This document shows positions 30,520 to 41,693 of a stretch of DNA of 64,000 nt, one piece after another. This DNA comes from Paraconexibacteraceae bacterium (GTDB taxonomy: Bacteria; Actinomycetota; Thermoleophilia; Solirubrobacterales; Solirubrobacteraceae): the NCBI GenBank assembly GCA_963750375.1, contig CAVVQN010000021.1, positions 44,037-108,036 of the forward strand, written 5' to 3'. Below the pieces are notes generated by a model. The model was given only the letters and a program-made list of their open reading frames with translations, was not told the origin of the DNA and searched no databases. The translations under genes were made by a program, and so were the position numbers. Positions within the stretch are counted from its first letter, which is position 1; every line of letters begins with the position of its first letter.

Positions 30520-30546
30520 CCAACCCTTACGTCGGTGTAAGGTTGG
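30520..30546. promoter_or_regulatory. Candidate MerR-family operator upstream of sulP-merR
   Basis: Imperfect dyad CCAACCCTTAC-GTCGGT-GTAAGGTTGG. Confidence 0.6.
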
Positions 30547-30685
30547 GCAAGGTCGGTCCCACAGGCGGGCGAGGCTCCGGACGCAGTCCCTGGTCCGCAG
30601 GTTCGCCCACCCGCCCTCGCCGATCCGCTCTGGCGTCGCAGATCCGCTGCGGCCCCGCTCGCTCACAGAACCGAACCCCACCTTC

Positions 30686-32181
30686 ATGAACCAGCTTTCC
30701 CGGGTGCGCGCCGTGCGCCGCCCTGCCATGCCCACCGGCGCCCTGCTGCGCGTCGAGCTGCTCGCCGGGCTCGTCGTGGCCTTGGCGCTCATCCCCGAGG
30801 CGATCTCGTTCTCGCTCATCGCCGGCGTGGACCCGAAGGTCGGGTTGTACGCCTCGTTCACGATGGCCGTGACGATCGCCATCGCCGGCGGGCGTCCGGC
30901 GATGATCTCCGCCGCCACCGGCGCGATGGCGCTCGTCGTCGTCAGCCTCGTCAAGGAGCACGGCGTCGAGTACCTGCTCGTCGCCGGCATCCTCGCCGGG
31001 CTCATCCAGGTCGCCCTCGGGCTTCTGCGGGTCCCGCGGCTGATGCGCTTCGTCCCGCGGTCGGTCATGACCGGCTTCGTCAACGCGCTGGCGATCCTCA
31101 TCTTCATCGCCCAGGTGCCCTACATCCGGGACGGTGGCGGCACCGGGCTCCTCCTCATCGCTGCGGGCCTCGTCGTGATCTACACCCTGCCGCGGGCGGT
31201 CCCCGCGATCCCCGCCCCGCTGGTGGCGATCGCGCTGCTGACCATCGTGGTCCTCGCCGGCGGCATCGACGTGCCCAACGTCGGGGACGAGGGCGAGCTA
31301 CCCAGTGCACTGCCCATCCTCGGTCTCCCGTCGGTGCCCTTCACGCTGGACACCTTCCTGATCGTGCTTCCGTACTCGATCACCCTCGCCGCGGTGGGGT
31401 TGCTCGAGTCGCTGATGACCGCGCGGCTGGTCGACGAGATCACCGAGACAGGCTCGGACAAGGACCGCGAGGCGCGCGGTCAGGGCATCGCGAACATCGT
31501 CACCGGCTTCTTCGGGGGCATGCCCGGCTGCGCGATGATCGGCCAGACGATGATCAACGTCTCGGTCAGCGGCGCACGCACCCGGCTGTCCACCTTCTGC
31601 CGCGGGCCTGTTCCTGTTGCTCCTGATCGTCGGCCTCGGTCCCGATCGTGGCCGCGATCCCGATGGCCGCCCTGGTCGCCGTGATGATCCTCGTGTCCGT
31701 CTCGACGTTCGACTGGCATTCCGTGGCGCCGGCGACGCTGCGGCGGATGCCACGGTCCGAGACGCTCGTGATGGGCGTCACCGTCGTGGGCACGGTCGCC
31801 ACGAGCAACCTCGCGATCGGTGTCGCAGCCGGCGTGCTGACCGCGATGGCGACGTTCGCCCGCAAGGTCGCCCACCTCGTCGACGTGCAGCGCGTCGTCG
31901 ATCCCGACCAGAGCACCGCGTTCTACGCCGTCACCGGCGAGCTCTTCTTCGCTTCCGACCAGGAGCTCATCGAGGCGTTCGACTACCCGAACGATCCGCC
32001 CAGCGTCATCATCGACTTCTCCCGCGCGCACGTCTGGGACGCGTCGGCCGTCGCCGCACTGGACGCGATCGAGACCCACTACGCCCGCTATGACGTGACC
32101 GTCCAGATCACCGGCCTGAACGAGCGCAGCGCGGACCTGCACCAGACCCTGACAAGCCAGATGGCCACGACGAACCCATGA
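30686..32181 (+). CDS. SulP family anion transporter with STAS domain (frameshift ~31600)
   Basis: [49 protein letters not shown]. Confidence 0.93.
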
Positions 32182-32591
32182 CCGCACCTGGCCCGACGCT
32201 GCACATCGGAGAGGTCGCCGAACGGGTCGGCCTCTCCCTGCGCACCGTTCGCTACTACGAGGAGCAGGGGCTCTTCGCCCCCGCCGGCCGGACCGACGGC
32301 GGCTTTCGGCTCTACACCGAGGACCAGGTCGGCCGCCTGCTGTTGATCAAGCAGATGAAGCCGCTCGGCTTCACCGTCGCCCAGATGTGCGAGCTGCTCG
32401 CCGCCACCGATCGGCTGGACGACGAGGAAGCCGCCGGCCGCGAGGCGGCCCGAGCGCTGATCGATTCCTACGCCGCCGACGCGGCCGCGCGCTGCGAGCA
32501 CCTCCGTGACCAGCTGGCGCGCGCCGAGGAGTTCGCCGCCCACCTCGGGGAACGGGCGGGCGCCGGGGTCGCCACGCACGCCGAGGGCTGA
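32178..32591 (+). CDS. MerR-family regulator
   Basis: [33 protein letters not shown]. Confidence 0.93.
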   Translation: MTAPGPTLHIGEVAERVGLSLRTVRYYEEQGLFAPAGRTDGGFRLYTEDQVGRLLLIKQMKPLGFTVAQMCELLAATDRLDDEEAAGREAARALIDSYAADAAARCEHLRDQLARAEEFAAHLGERAGAGVATHAEG

Positions 32592-32660
32592 CCTGCGCGC
32601 CAGATCGCCTGCTCCGGCGTGACTGCGCCAGGCGCCGGGCCATCGAGGTACCGTGCGCCC

Positions 32661-34215
32661 ATGAACCGTCTTCGGCAGGGGCTCCACAGTGCCGCGGGCA
32701 TCGCCGCGCTGTTCACCGCGGCCGTGGCGTTCGGGGCCGCCTCCGCGTCCGCTCAGGACATCGTGAGCGACCAGCCGATCGGTGACCGGGTCCACGTCCT
32801 GACCATCAGGACCGACGCCTTCGCCGCGCCGACCAAGGTCGACGTGTTCCTTCCCACCGGCTACGACGCCGACCCGGCCCGGCGCTGGCCGGTCACGTAC
32901 GTCACCGCCGGGACGATGAACAACTACGACTCGTTCCGGAAGGTCCTCAAGGGCGTCGACCTGACCGCGAAGTACCCGTCACTCATCGTCTCACCCGACG
33001 GCAACAGTGGCTACTGGAGCGACTGGTACAACGGCGGCAAGCTCGGCCCCCCGGCCTACGAGACGTTCGTCATCAAGCAGCTGATCCCGCTCATCGACGG
33101 GCGGTACCGCACGAAGGACGACCGCGCGCACCGGTTGGTGACCGGCGTCTCGATGGGCGGCTACGGCGCGGCCATGTTCGCCGCCCGCCACCCCGATCTC
33201 TTCGCCGCGGTCTCGAGCATCTCGGGCGCGGTCGACAGCAACCTCCCCTATCTCGCGGCCGCGGTGTCGGCGAGCTCGACCTTCGACGGCGGGGACGTCG
33301 ACGCGATCTACGGGCCGCGCGCCACGCAGGAGGTCCGCTGGCACGGCCACAACCCGACCGATCTGGCCGAGAACCTCCGCGACGTCGACGTGCAGGTCCG
33401 CACCGCGAACGGCATCCCCGCTCCGGAGATCGGCGAGAACCCGCTGTCGGCGGACGGCGTCTCGTGCGTCATCGAGCAGGGGGTCTACCGGGGGAGCATG
33501 AGCTTCCACGACCGCCTCGACGGCGATCGGCAAGCAGCATCTCTACAGGGACTACGGCAACGGCTGCCACACCTTCGCGAACTTCACGCGCCAGACGATC
33601 GACACGCTGGACCGCTTCGAGAAGCTGCTCGCCGGCCCGCTGCCCGACCCGCAGACGTTCGACTTCAAGGCGATCGAGCCGCGGTTCGACATCTGGGGCT
33701 GGCGCGTCGAGAGCGATCCCGCGCGGGCGCTGGAGTTCATGCACGTCAAGGGGACCCCGGACCGTCTTGAGCTCACCGGCTCCGGGCGGACGACCGTCTC
33801 GCGCGCGTATCCGGGCCTTGCGTCCGTCGACGTCGACGGCGTCCCGACGGACGTGGTCCGCGGGCGGCTGACGACCACCGTCGATCTCGGCGCTCCGAAC
33901 GCGATGCAGCAGTACACGCCAGGCGCCGCGGTACCGAGGACGGCGACCAAGGGGGTCTCCCTGGCTCCGCACGCGGTCATCCGTATCGGCCGGGCGACGC
34001 GGGTGAAGCACGGGATCCGTGTGTGCGCCCGCGTGATCGGGGGCGAGGTGCGGCGTGCGCGCATCACGAGCGGCGGACGCGAGCGCGTCGTCGCGCTCGA
34101 CGCACGGACGCGGTGCCGCTCGGTGCCCGCCCCGCGCGCGCGCACCGTCACGGTGAGTGGCCGGGATGGCTACGGCCACGCGGTTCGCGCAACGGAGCGC
34201 CTGCCTGCCGGATGA
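32661..34215 (+). CDS. Secreted esterase, antigen-85/putative esterase family (frameshift ~33525)
   Basis: Signal peptide, GYWSDWYN, YETF..QLIP, GVSMGG, HNP. Confidence 0.85.
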
Positions 34216-34231
34216 CGCGCAGGCCGTCCGG

Positions 34232-36761
34232 TCAGCCGCAGCGATAGGTCCGGCGCAGCACGAGGAGGCGGCCCTGGCGCGTCGTCGCCCGGATCATCAC
34301 CCTCCCGCGGCCTGCTGGGAGCTTGACCGGCACGGCGCGCCGGGCGGCACGCCCGCGGAGGGTGGCCGTGCGCTTGCCGTCGACGAACACCTGCACGCAC
34401 GCGCACCTGGTCTCCGCGCGGGGCCTTGACGCGGAGCGTCACGGTGCGGCGCCGGCACGCGGTCACGGCGATCGGCGACGGGCTGGGTGACGCGCAGGCG
34501 CGAGGTGCCGGCCGGCAGCGTCACGCGTCAGCGTCGTCCCGTCGGTGACCGCCGCGCTGCGCCGCGCCGTCGCGGAGTGACCGTCGTGGCGGCGCCGAAG
34601 CTGCCCCGCAGCCGCAGCGTGAGCGCGGTGCGCGGCGGCGACGGTCGCGTCGATCGTGCCGAACTCGGGCAGCCGCATGCGCCGGACGTCGAGCTCGGCG
34701 GCCTTGAGGTTCGCGGTCCGCATCGCGAACGCGTCGGAGATCGGCTCGGGTGCGCCCGGCCGCCAGCGCCGCGTCTGGCGCTTGTAGGCCCGGGCGCCGT
34801 TGAAGAGCACGCCGGCCGCGTTCTCGGTCGGGAGCACCTCCTGGGCGCGGGCCGGGATCGCGCCGGAGGTGACGTCGATCGTCCCCATCGGCGGGCTGCG
34901 CGCCCGGGTCGGCGAGCTGCAGGCCGCTGACCCAGTAGGCGTGGTCGGAGCGCAGGCCGTAGCGCGTCGTCGCTGACGAAGCCGTCGAGCACGTAGGTGA
35001 CGCGCCGCGGGTCGCGGTCGACGACGGTCGGCGGTGCGGTTCAGCGCGCGGAACTCCTCGCGGACGAACTGGCGGTACTCGGCGTGGCCCTCGCCGGGGT
35101 CGGTGCTCTGGAAGTGCCAGAAGTCGTAGCGATAGCCGAGGGCGTCCAAGCGGCCGGCGCTGCGGTTCGTGATCGCGACGTCGACGAGCGGGTCGTCGAG
35201 GCCGGACGTCGCGAGCACGGGGACGTTGCGCAGGCTGGCGAACGCGTCGCCGATGCCGGTCGTGCCCGGTGTGGGCGCCGAGCGTCGCGCCGGCCTCGGG
35301 GAGCGAGCAGATCTCGGGCGCGACGTTCGGGAAGATCGCCTTGAAGAGGTCGGGGAACTGGGTCGCGAGCTTGTAGGTGCCGAAGCCGCCCATGGACGAG
35401 CCGGTCAGGAGCGCCTGGCGCGGGTCCAGCCGGTAGTGCGGCGGCGACGTCGGCCCACGCCTCGAAGACGTCGGCGCCCGCCATCCCGTAGTAGCAGTAG
35501 GTCCCGCCGCGGGCGTTGGGCAGCACCATGATCGACGGGTGGCCCTCCTCGGCGAGCATCTGCCACACCGACAGCGGCGGCTCCGTGCTGCCGCCCTCGA
35601 AGTGGTTGTGGTTCGAGCTCGGCGCCGTGGAGGTTGACCACGAGGCCGTAGCCGGCCTTGGGCCGCGGCGTCGCGGGGACGTAGACCGAGTAGGGCTGCA
35701 GGCGCCCGGAGTACTGGTAGGTGCAGGCCGGCGGGTCGCAGACGTAGTTGCCGAGGATGTCGCCGCCGTCCGAGTTCCCGCGACCCTGGAGCGGTCTCGT
35801 AGCGGCTGACCAGGATGCGGTTCATCGGCCCGCTCTGCGGGACGCCGCTCTCGTCGTCCGTGCGCGCGGCGAGCTTGCGGAAGTCCACGTCGGCGTGCAG
35901 CGGGCTCAGGTCGCCGGCGGCGAGCGCGGCGTTCTGGCTCGCGTCCATCCAGGTGTTCTGGATCCACGGCCCGGCGTGCGGAAGGCGACGTTGAAGAACG
36001 CCGGCTTGGCCGGGTCGGGCCGCAGGTATGCGGCCTTGCCGGCGTCCCACAGCCCGACCGCGGCCCCGACGCGCACCGTGCCGCCCGCGCGGGTCGAAGA
36101 CGCCGTACGGGACCTCGATCTGCAGCTGCCGGCGCTTGAGGTCGGTGGTGACCGCCGGTGCGGGCGAGGCGGTGCCGTCGGCCGCGCGGACCGCGTCGCC
36201 GGAGCAGCCATGGGCGGTCACGAAGACGTCCGAGCGGCCATCTTCGCGCCGGCGTCGTGCGGCATGGTCTGCGGCGCGGCTCGACCGCGCCGAGGCCGAC
36301 GTCACGGCCGCCGCGTCGGGGTCGAGCATCGAGTTCAGCGTGACGCGGATGGCGGTGCCGGTCTTCAGCGGCTCCAGGCGCACCTCGACGATGTCGGCGG
36401 CGTTGCGCGCCAGCCGCTGCGGGATCGGCGGGGTAGGCCAGCGCGCGGTCGTCGTAGAGGAAGTCCTGGTAGAGGAACTCGCCGCTGCACGGTAGGCCGT
36501 GGCCCCGGAGACGAGGATCGGCTCCGCGCTCCAGTTGCGCGTGTTCTCCAGCTGCGGGGAGATCGGCATCGGGCGGTGCAGGATGTCCGGGCCGGTCCCC
36601 GCGGGCGGCAGCGATCGGGTGCTGGACGGCGGCGTGTAGCCCGAGCCGTTGCCCTTCGGCGAACTGGGGCACGCGGCGCTCGCGCCGGCGGGAAAGGTCA
36701 GTGCGGCGGCCAGCAGTACCCAGGCCGAGCGTGGAAGTCGGCGCCCGGCGGTCAGGATCAT
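34232..36761 (-). CDS. Large secreted alpha/beta hydrolase (many frameshifts)
   Basis: Signal peptide, EFLYQDFLYDD, PNARG, LTGSSMGGFG, AYWVSG; C-terminus ..RRTYRCG*. Confidence 0.75.
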
Positions 36762-36840
36762 CGGCGGAGAATACGTCGGGACGCCGGGCACACGAGCCGG
36801 TGAGCGATGAGTTTCGGTCACCGTGAGGGTCCTGATGACC

Positions 36841-37242
36841 ATGACCGTGACGCCCCCACTCATCACCGGCGTGGACTTCGTCTGCGTCCCGGCGCAGGAT
36901 TTCGAGGCGATGGTCGCCTTCTACGGACAGACGCTCGGCCTGCCGCTCGTCCAGCGGTACGGGAGCAGGCCTGGCGCCGAGTTCCAGGCCGGCAACCTGA
37001 CCTTGGCCGTCATGCGCACCGAGGACTTCGGTGGCACCTTCTCACCAAACGCGATGCCGATCGCGCTGCAGGTCGCCGACGTGGCGGCCGCGCGGGCGCT
37101 GCTCGAGGCCGAGGGGGTCCGCTTCGTCAGCGACACGTTCGACTCAGGGGTCTGCTGGCAGGCCATCTGCCTTGACCCCGACGGCAACCCTCTGTCGCTG
37201 CACCACCGTTACGCGCCCAAGGACGAAGACGCCGCCGTGTGA
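36841..37242 (+). CDS. VOC/glyoxalase family protein
   Basis: GVDFV..FYGQTLGL, LQVADV, DPDGN. Confidence 0.9.
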   Translation: MTVTPPLITGVDFVCVPAQDFEAMVAFYGQTLGLPLVQRYGSRPGAEFQAGNLTLAVMRTEDFGGTFSPNAMPIALQVADVAAARALLEAEGVRFVSDTFDSGVCWQAICLDPDGNPLSLHHRYAPKDEDAAV

Positions 37243-37438
37243 GGTGGTGCACGTGTAGGACAGGCCGAGGCCGAACCCGAAGCCCGCGGGAGCCTGTGCT
37301 CGGGGGATGGGCATGCCGCCCGAGCCCAGCGCCTCAAACCTCACCGATGCGGAGGACCGTCGCAGAGCGACAACGCGGGCAGGCGCCGTTGGCCGCAAAC
37401 GCCGAGCCGCCGCCCCCACCCGTATGTAGGTTCGGCCA

Positions 37439-39313
37439 ATGATCACCAGCAGAGTCGCCCTCATCGCCGCCAGCGCCCTTGCCACCCTCTCGATCGCGGC
37501 GCCCGTTGGCCACGCCGCCACCGTCGACCGGTGCGTCACGGGTCAGGACGTGGCGGGCCTGGAAGGGTTCGACACCGCCGCCGCGACCGCGGCGGAGGAC
37601 GCCTACGCGGCCACCCTCAAGGGTCAGGACGAGGCCACCGTCACGCGCGCACGCAAGGTCTTCGCGGCTGGGCTTGCGGCCTACGTCTACGGCATGCCCC
37701 AGGTGACGATCCGCGAGACGATCAAGAAGTACCCGCCCAATACGTTGATCAACGTCGCCAAGCTGGCCAACGCCCAGACGCGGTCGGTCGTGGCCCCGAA
37801 CAGCGACACGGCGTACTCCGTCGAGAACATCGACCTCTCCAGGGGGCCGATCGTGTTCGACGTCCCCGACATGGGCAACCGCTACTACGTCTTCGAGTTC
37901 CTGGACGCCTATTCGAACGCCTTCGGGTACATCGGCCGCCGCGCGACGGGGTCCAAGGCAGGGAGCTATGCGCTGGTCGGCCCCGGTTGGCAGGGGACGC
38001 TGCCCGCGGGCGTCGGTCGCATCACCTCGCCGACGAACACGGTGTTCCTGATCGCTCGCACCCTGGTGGACGGGCCGGCGGACATGCCCGCCGTCAAGGC
38101 ACTCCAGCAGCAATTCCACGCCACTCCGCTGTCGGCTTGGACCATGGGCGCCCGCCAGCCGTCGGTGACGCTCGACGACTTCCCGCCACAGGCGACCGGG
38201 CCCGTGGTCGTCCCGACCGGGACCGCGTTCATCGCTGCGCTGAACCGGTCACTGGCCGTCGACCCGGCGCCCGCGAAGGACGCCTGCGCCGTGAAGGCGA
38301 TGGCGCCGGCCGGGGTCAGCCCCGGCGGCAATGCCACGATGGCGGGAGCGGTTGCCGCGGCCCCGGGCCCGGCGCCCGCGGGCAGCGAGTCCGACCCGGT
38401 CACGAGCGCGGCGGTGAAGGCCGCGACAGCAGCGGCGGACAAGCTCGTCGACGCCGGGGTGGCAAAGCTCGGCGCCGCCAGCGCAAAGACCAACAGCGGG
38501 TGGCTGCGGTTCGACAGCTGGATCGGCCGCTACGACGACCGCTACCTCGGGAGGTCGATCGTCGCCAAGATCGGTCTGGGCGCCAACATCCCGGAGGAGG
38601 CCACCTACCCGGTCGCGCTCTCGGATCGCGACGGGCAGGAACTCACCGGGACGAACGACTACACGATCACCTACCCCGCCGGACAGGAGCCGCCGGCCGC
38701 CGGATTCTGGTCGCTGACGATGTACGCCGCCGACTACTTCTTCTACGACAACAAGATCAACCGTTACAACGTCGGTGACCGCACCCGCGGGCTCGTGCGT
38801 GACGCGGACGGGTCGCTCACGATCTACATCTCCCACACCGAGCCGACGGATCCGGTCAAGCGGGCCAACTGGCTGCCGGCGCCGGCGGGCCCGTTCCGGA
38901 TGATCCTCCGGATCTTCCAGCCCAAGGCCACCGTGATCGACGGCACGTGGAAGCTCACGCCGATCGTCCGCGTCGGGTCAGGCGCTGCGAGCACGGCCGG
39001 TGGACGGCCTCGGCCGGCCGCCGCGAAGCCGCGGTTGCTCGTGGACTACAAGCGCGGTCGCGACGGGCGAGGGCGGGTGTGCGCACGCGGCGGGGTCCGT
39101 CTTCGCCTCACGCGGATCCGGGACGGTCAGGCCCGGTCGGTGAGCTTCTTCCTCGGCGGCCGGCGCGTCGGTGTCGATCGCCGGGCCCCGTTCGCCCGCT
39201 CGTTGCCGGCGTCGAAGCTGGCCGGCAGGTCGACGCACCGTGTGACGGCGCGGGTCCTGCTGCGGACCGGGCGTACCGTGACGGTGAGCCGGCTCGTGCG
39301 CAGCTGCCGCTGA
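37439..39313 (+). CDS. Secreted DUF1254/DUF1214 protein
   Basis: YVYGMP, VVAPNSDTAYS, GANIPEEATY, FWSLTMY, ANWLPAP, LRIFQP. Confidence 0.9.
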   Translation: MITSRVALIAASALATLSIAAPVGHAATVDRCVTGQDVAGLEGFDTAAATAAEDAYAATLKGQDEATVTRARKVFAAGLAAYVYGMPQVTIRETIKKYPPNTLINVAKLANAQTRSVVAPNSDTAYSVENIDLSRGPIVFDVPDMGNRYYVFEFLDAYSNAFGYIGRRATGSKAGSYALVGPGWQGTLPAGVGRITSPTNTVFLIARTLVDGPADMPAVKALQQQFHATPLSAWTMGARQPSVTLDDFPPQATGPVVVPTGTAFIAALNRSLAVDPAPAKDACAVKAMAPAGVSPGGNATMAGAVAAAPGPAPAGSESDPVTSAAVKAATAAADKLVDAGVAKLGAASAKTNSGWLRFDSWIGRYDDRYLGRSIVAKIGLGANIPEEATYPVALSDRDGQELTGTNDYTITYPAGQEPPAAGFWSLTMYAADYFFYDNKINRYNVGDRTRGLVRDADGSLTIYISHTEPTDPVKRANWLPAPAGPFRMILRIFQPKATVIDGTWKLTPIVRVGSGAASTAGGRPRPAAAKPRLLVDYKRGRDGRGRVCARGGVRLRLTRIRDGQARSVSFFLGGRRVGVDRRAPFARSLPASKLAGRSTHRVTARVLLRTGRTVTVSRLVRSCR

Positions 39314-39339
39314 GGTCGGACCGCAGACGCCTGGGCAGC

Positions 39340-40368
39340 TCAGCTCAGCGTCTGCGCGATGGCCTGCATCGCGCCGACCCCTTCGTGCTCCAGCGCCGCG
39401 ATCCGCGTCACGTGGGTCAGACCGCCGTCATGGTCGCGGGCTCCGGCACAGTCGGCCAGCGCCCGCCAGGCGGCGGCGAGCTCGTCGTAGAGCTCCCCGG
39501 CCTCCCCGAGCGCGGCGTCGCCCAGCAGCACGGACGCGTCGTGCAGGAACTCCGCGTGCAGCGAGCGGAACATCGCCCCGCCCGTCCCCGCCTTGACGAT
39601 GAAGACGCGCAGCGCGCCGAGGGCACCCGGGAGCGCGTCGCCGAGCTGCTCCGGCCAGCCGGGGTAGGCCGCGGCCAGGCGGTCGACGCCGGCGAGACCG
39701 ACGGCACCCGGCAGGTCAGCCAGTGCGCTGCCGTTCCCGCGCATGTTCGCCAGCGCCCGCGTCAACCCCATCTCGATCGCCTGCTCTGGTTCGCGCAGCT
39801 GCTTCGGCCAGTCGTAGACGAACGTCCCGTGCCGGTTGGGACCGGGAAAGCCGTTGGATCCGCGCGCAGCCGCCAGCGATGTCAACGAGCAGCGCTGCAG
39901 CTCCTCGCGGTCGTTGTCGGCGACGATCGCGATGCCGGCCGCCTCGTCGTAGTCGACGATGACGATGTCGTGCCGGGTGTTCGACATCTTCACCCGCAGG
40001 TACTCCAGCTCGGCGATGTCGGCCCAGACCATCGGCGGGCGCCCCGCGTCGATCTCGTCCTTGACCCACTGCCACCCCTCGGCCGGGTCGTCGGTCTCGC
40101 GCAGCTCCAGTCCGGCGCCGAGATGCTCGGCGATGTCACGCTCCAGATCGGCCGTGCGACCGACGAGGTAGATCGGCGGCCTCATCGCCTCCAGCTCCAG
40201 GAACAGAAATCCGAGGCCTCCCGCCAGCCCGAAGACCGCGCCCTCGCTGAGCGGGCCGCGGCCGTAGTCCAGGCCATGCAGCTCGAGCAGATCGCGCAGG
40301 GCACCCGAGCCGCAGTGTCCCGCCAGGCGGTGAGGGAACGCTGTCGCCGGCGTCGGGGAAGAGCTCAT
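39340..40368 (-). CDS. BtrH N-terminal/DUF4872 papain-like protein
   Basis: GHCGS, LSEGAVFGLAGGLGF, GRPPM..D..L.Y, RH.IVIV.YD, KAGTGGAMFR. Confidence 0.85.
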   Translation of the reverse strand: MSSSPTPATAFPHRLAGHCGSGALRDLLELHGLDYGRGPLSEGAVFGLAGGLGFLFLELEAMRPPIYLVGRTADLERDIAEHLGAGLELRETDDPAEGWQWVKDEIDAGRPPMVWADIAELEYLRVKMSNTRHDIVIVDYDEAAGIAIVADNDREELQRCSLTSLAAARGSNGFPGPNRHGTFVYDWPKQLREPEQAIEMGLTRALANMRGNGSALADLPGAVGLAGVDRLAAAYPGWPEQLGDALPGALGALRVFIVKAGTGGAMFRSLHAEFLHDASVLLGDAALGEAGELYDELAAAWRALADCAGARDHDGGLTHVTRIAALEHEGVGAMQAIAQTLS

Positions 40369-40484
40369 GCCCGCCACCCTAACGACGGCGACGTCAGCCG
40401 CATCCGGCGCTGCGACATCCGGCGCGCGCGCCTTTGGAGGCACGGCCCACGCCACCCGCGTGCGGATCTCGCCGACCCCGGCGC

Positions 40485-40599
40485 CGCACGCAGGTCGCGG
40501 CTTCCGCGACCGAGGTGCGACACCGACCCGGCGCCACGCCGGCGACGCACACAGGTCGCGGTTTTCGCGACCGAGGTGCGACACCGACACGGCGCCACG
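40485..40599. repeat. Two tandem family A palindromes (40485-40519, 40546-40580), 61-bp period
   Basis: CGCAC-N4-GTCGCG-N5-CGCGAC-cgag-GTGCG followed by ACACCGAC(C/A)CGGCGCCACG twice. Confidence 0.9.
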
Positions 40600-40690
40600 T
40601 CTGCGTGGGGGCTGCTCGCCCGCAGTGAGGGCGCCACGACCCGTGCTGCCGGCACCCGCGCCCGATCCGCTTTGCGAGGCCGAGTAGGCG

Positions 40691-40936
40691 CTACTCGTGG
40701 CGGGCCAAGGCGTCGCCGATGAGCCAGATCGTCGGCGGCCACAGACCGATGAAGATCGCCCGCCGCTCCGCGTTGCCCCGCTCATCCTGGTCGACCGACT
40801 TGGCACGGATCCACAGGCTGATGCACAACCCGATGGAGCCGATCGAGAGCAGCTGCATGTGGGCCGAGCGCAGGCCACCACGGTGCAGGACCGCCGTCAG
40901 GCTGGCAGGGCGGCGATGGGCGCGGACGATCTGCAC
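40691..40936 (-). CDS. Small membrane protein
   Basis: Two hydrophobic segments; AERRAIFIGLWPPT motif. Confidence 0.65.
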   Translation of the reverse strand: MQIVRAHRRPASLTAVLHRGGLRSAHMQLLSIGSIGLCISLWIRAKSVDQDERGNAERRAIFIGLWPPTIWLIGDALARHE

Positions 40937-40978
40937 GGTGTCTGCACTGTTACCGCGTCAGGCGGGTATGAAACGCGC

Positions 40979-41693
40979 ATGCCCCGCCGTCCCTCGTTCA
41001 CCCGACGCTGGCTCCTGGCCGCCACCTGGCCGACCGGCATCGCGCTCACGTCGTGGGATTACATGTGGCGCACGACGCCGCTGCACCGCAGCGAGACGCG
41101 CGAGCCCGACGCGGCCGGTCACCGACCCCCCGCGTTCCCCGGCGGCTTCGATCGCACCGAACTGCTGCAGCCCGCCGACGGGTACGGCCCCCTCTTCCAC
41201 CGCCGCTACCGGACGGCGATACGAGAGCCGCAGTGCGACGCGCACGAGCTCATGGCCGCGATCACGGAGGACCTCAACCGTGCTGCCCCGACGCGGTTCG
41301 TGCGGTTTCAGCGCGTGCGGGGTGACGGCCCGACGATGGCCGCCGGCGACGAGTACGTCGTGCGGATGCCCGGGCCCTGGGACGGGCCCGGTCCGGATCG
41401 TCGACCGGGGCGACCTCTGGTTTCGCCTGGCCACGCTCGAAGGCCACCTGGAGGCCGGCCAGATCGAGTTCCGCGCCGTCCCCGGCAACCCCGTCGGCTT
41501 TGAGATCGAGTCGTGGGCGCGCAGCGCCGACCGGGTCTCCAACCTGCTCTACCACCGCATCGGCATGGCCAAGGAGGTCCAGTTCCACATGTGGATCTCG
41601 TTCCTGGAGGGAGTGGTCGCGGTCTCCGGTGGGCGGATGACCGGCGGCATCCAGAGCGACACGTGGCGGATCGAAGAGCCGGTGGCACCGTGA
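40979..41693 (+). CDS. DUF1990 family protein (frameshift ~41390)
   Basis: GPLFHRRY, MPGPWDGP, LATLEGHLEAGQIEF, FEIESWAR. Confidence 0.8.

Noticed and set aside
37282-37380. TPP or glycine riboswitch (starts CGCGGGAG)
   Set aside because: Lacks the CTGAGA (TPP) and CCGAAG/CTCTCAGG (glycine) cores
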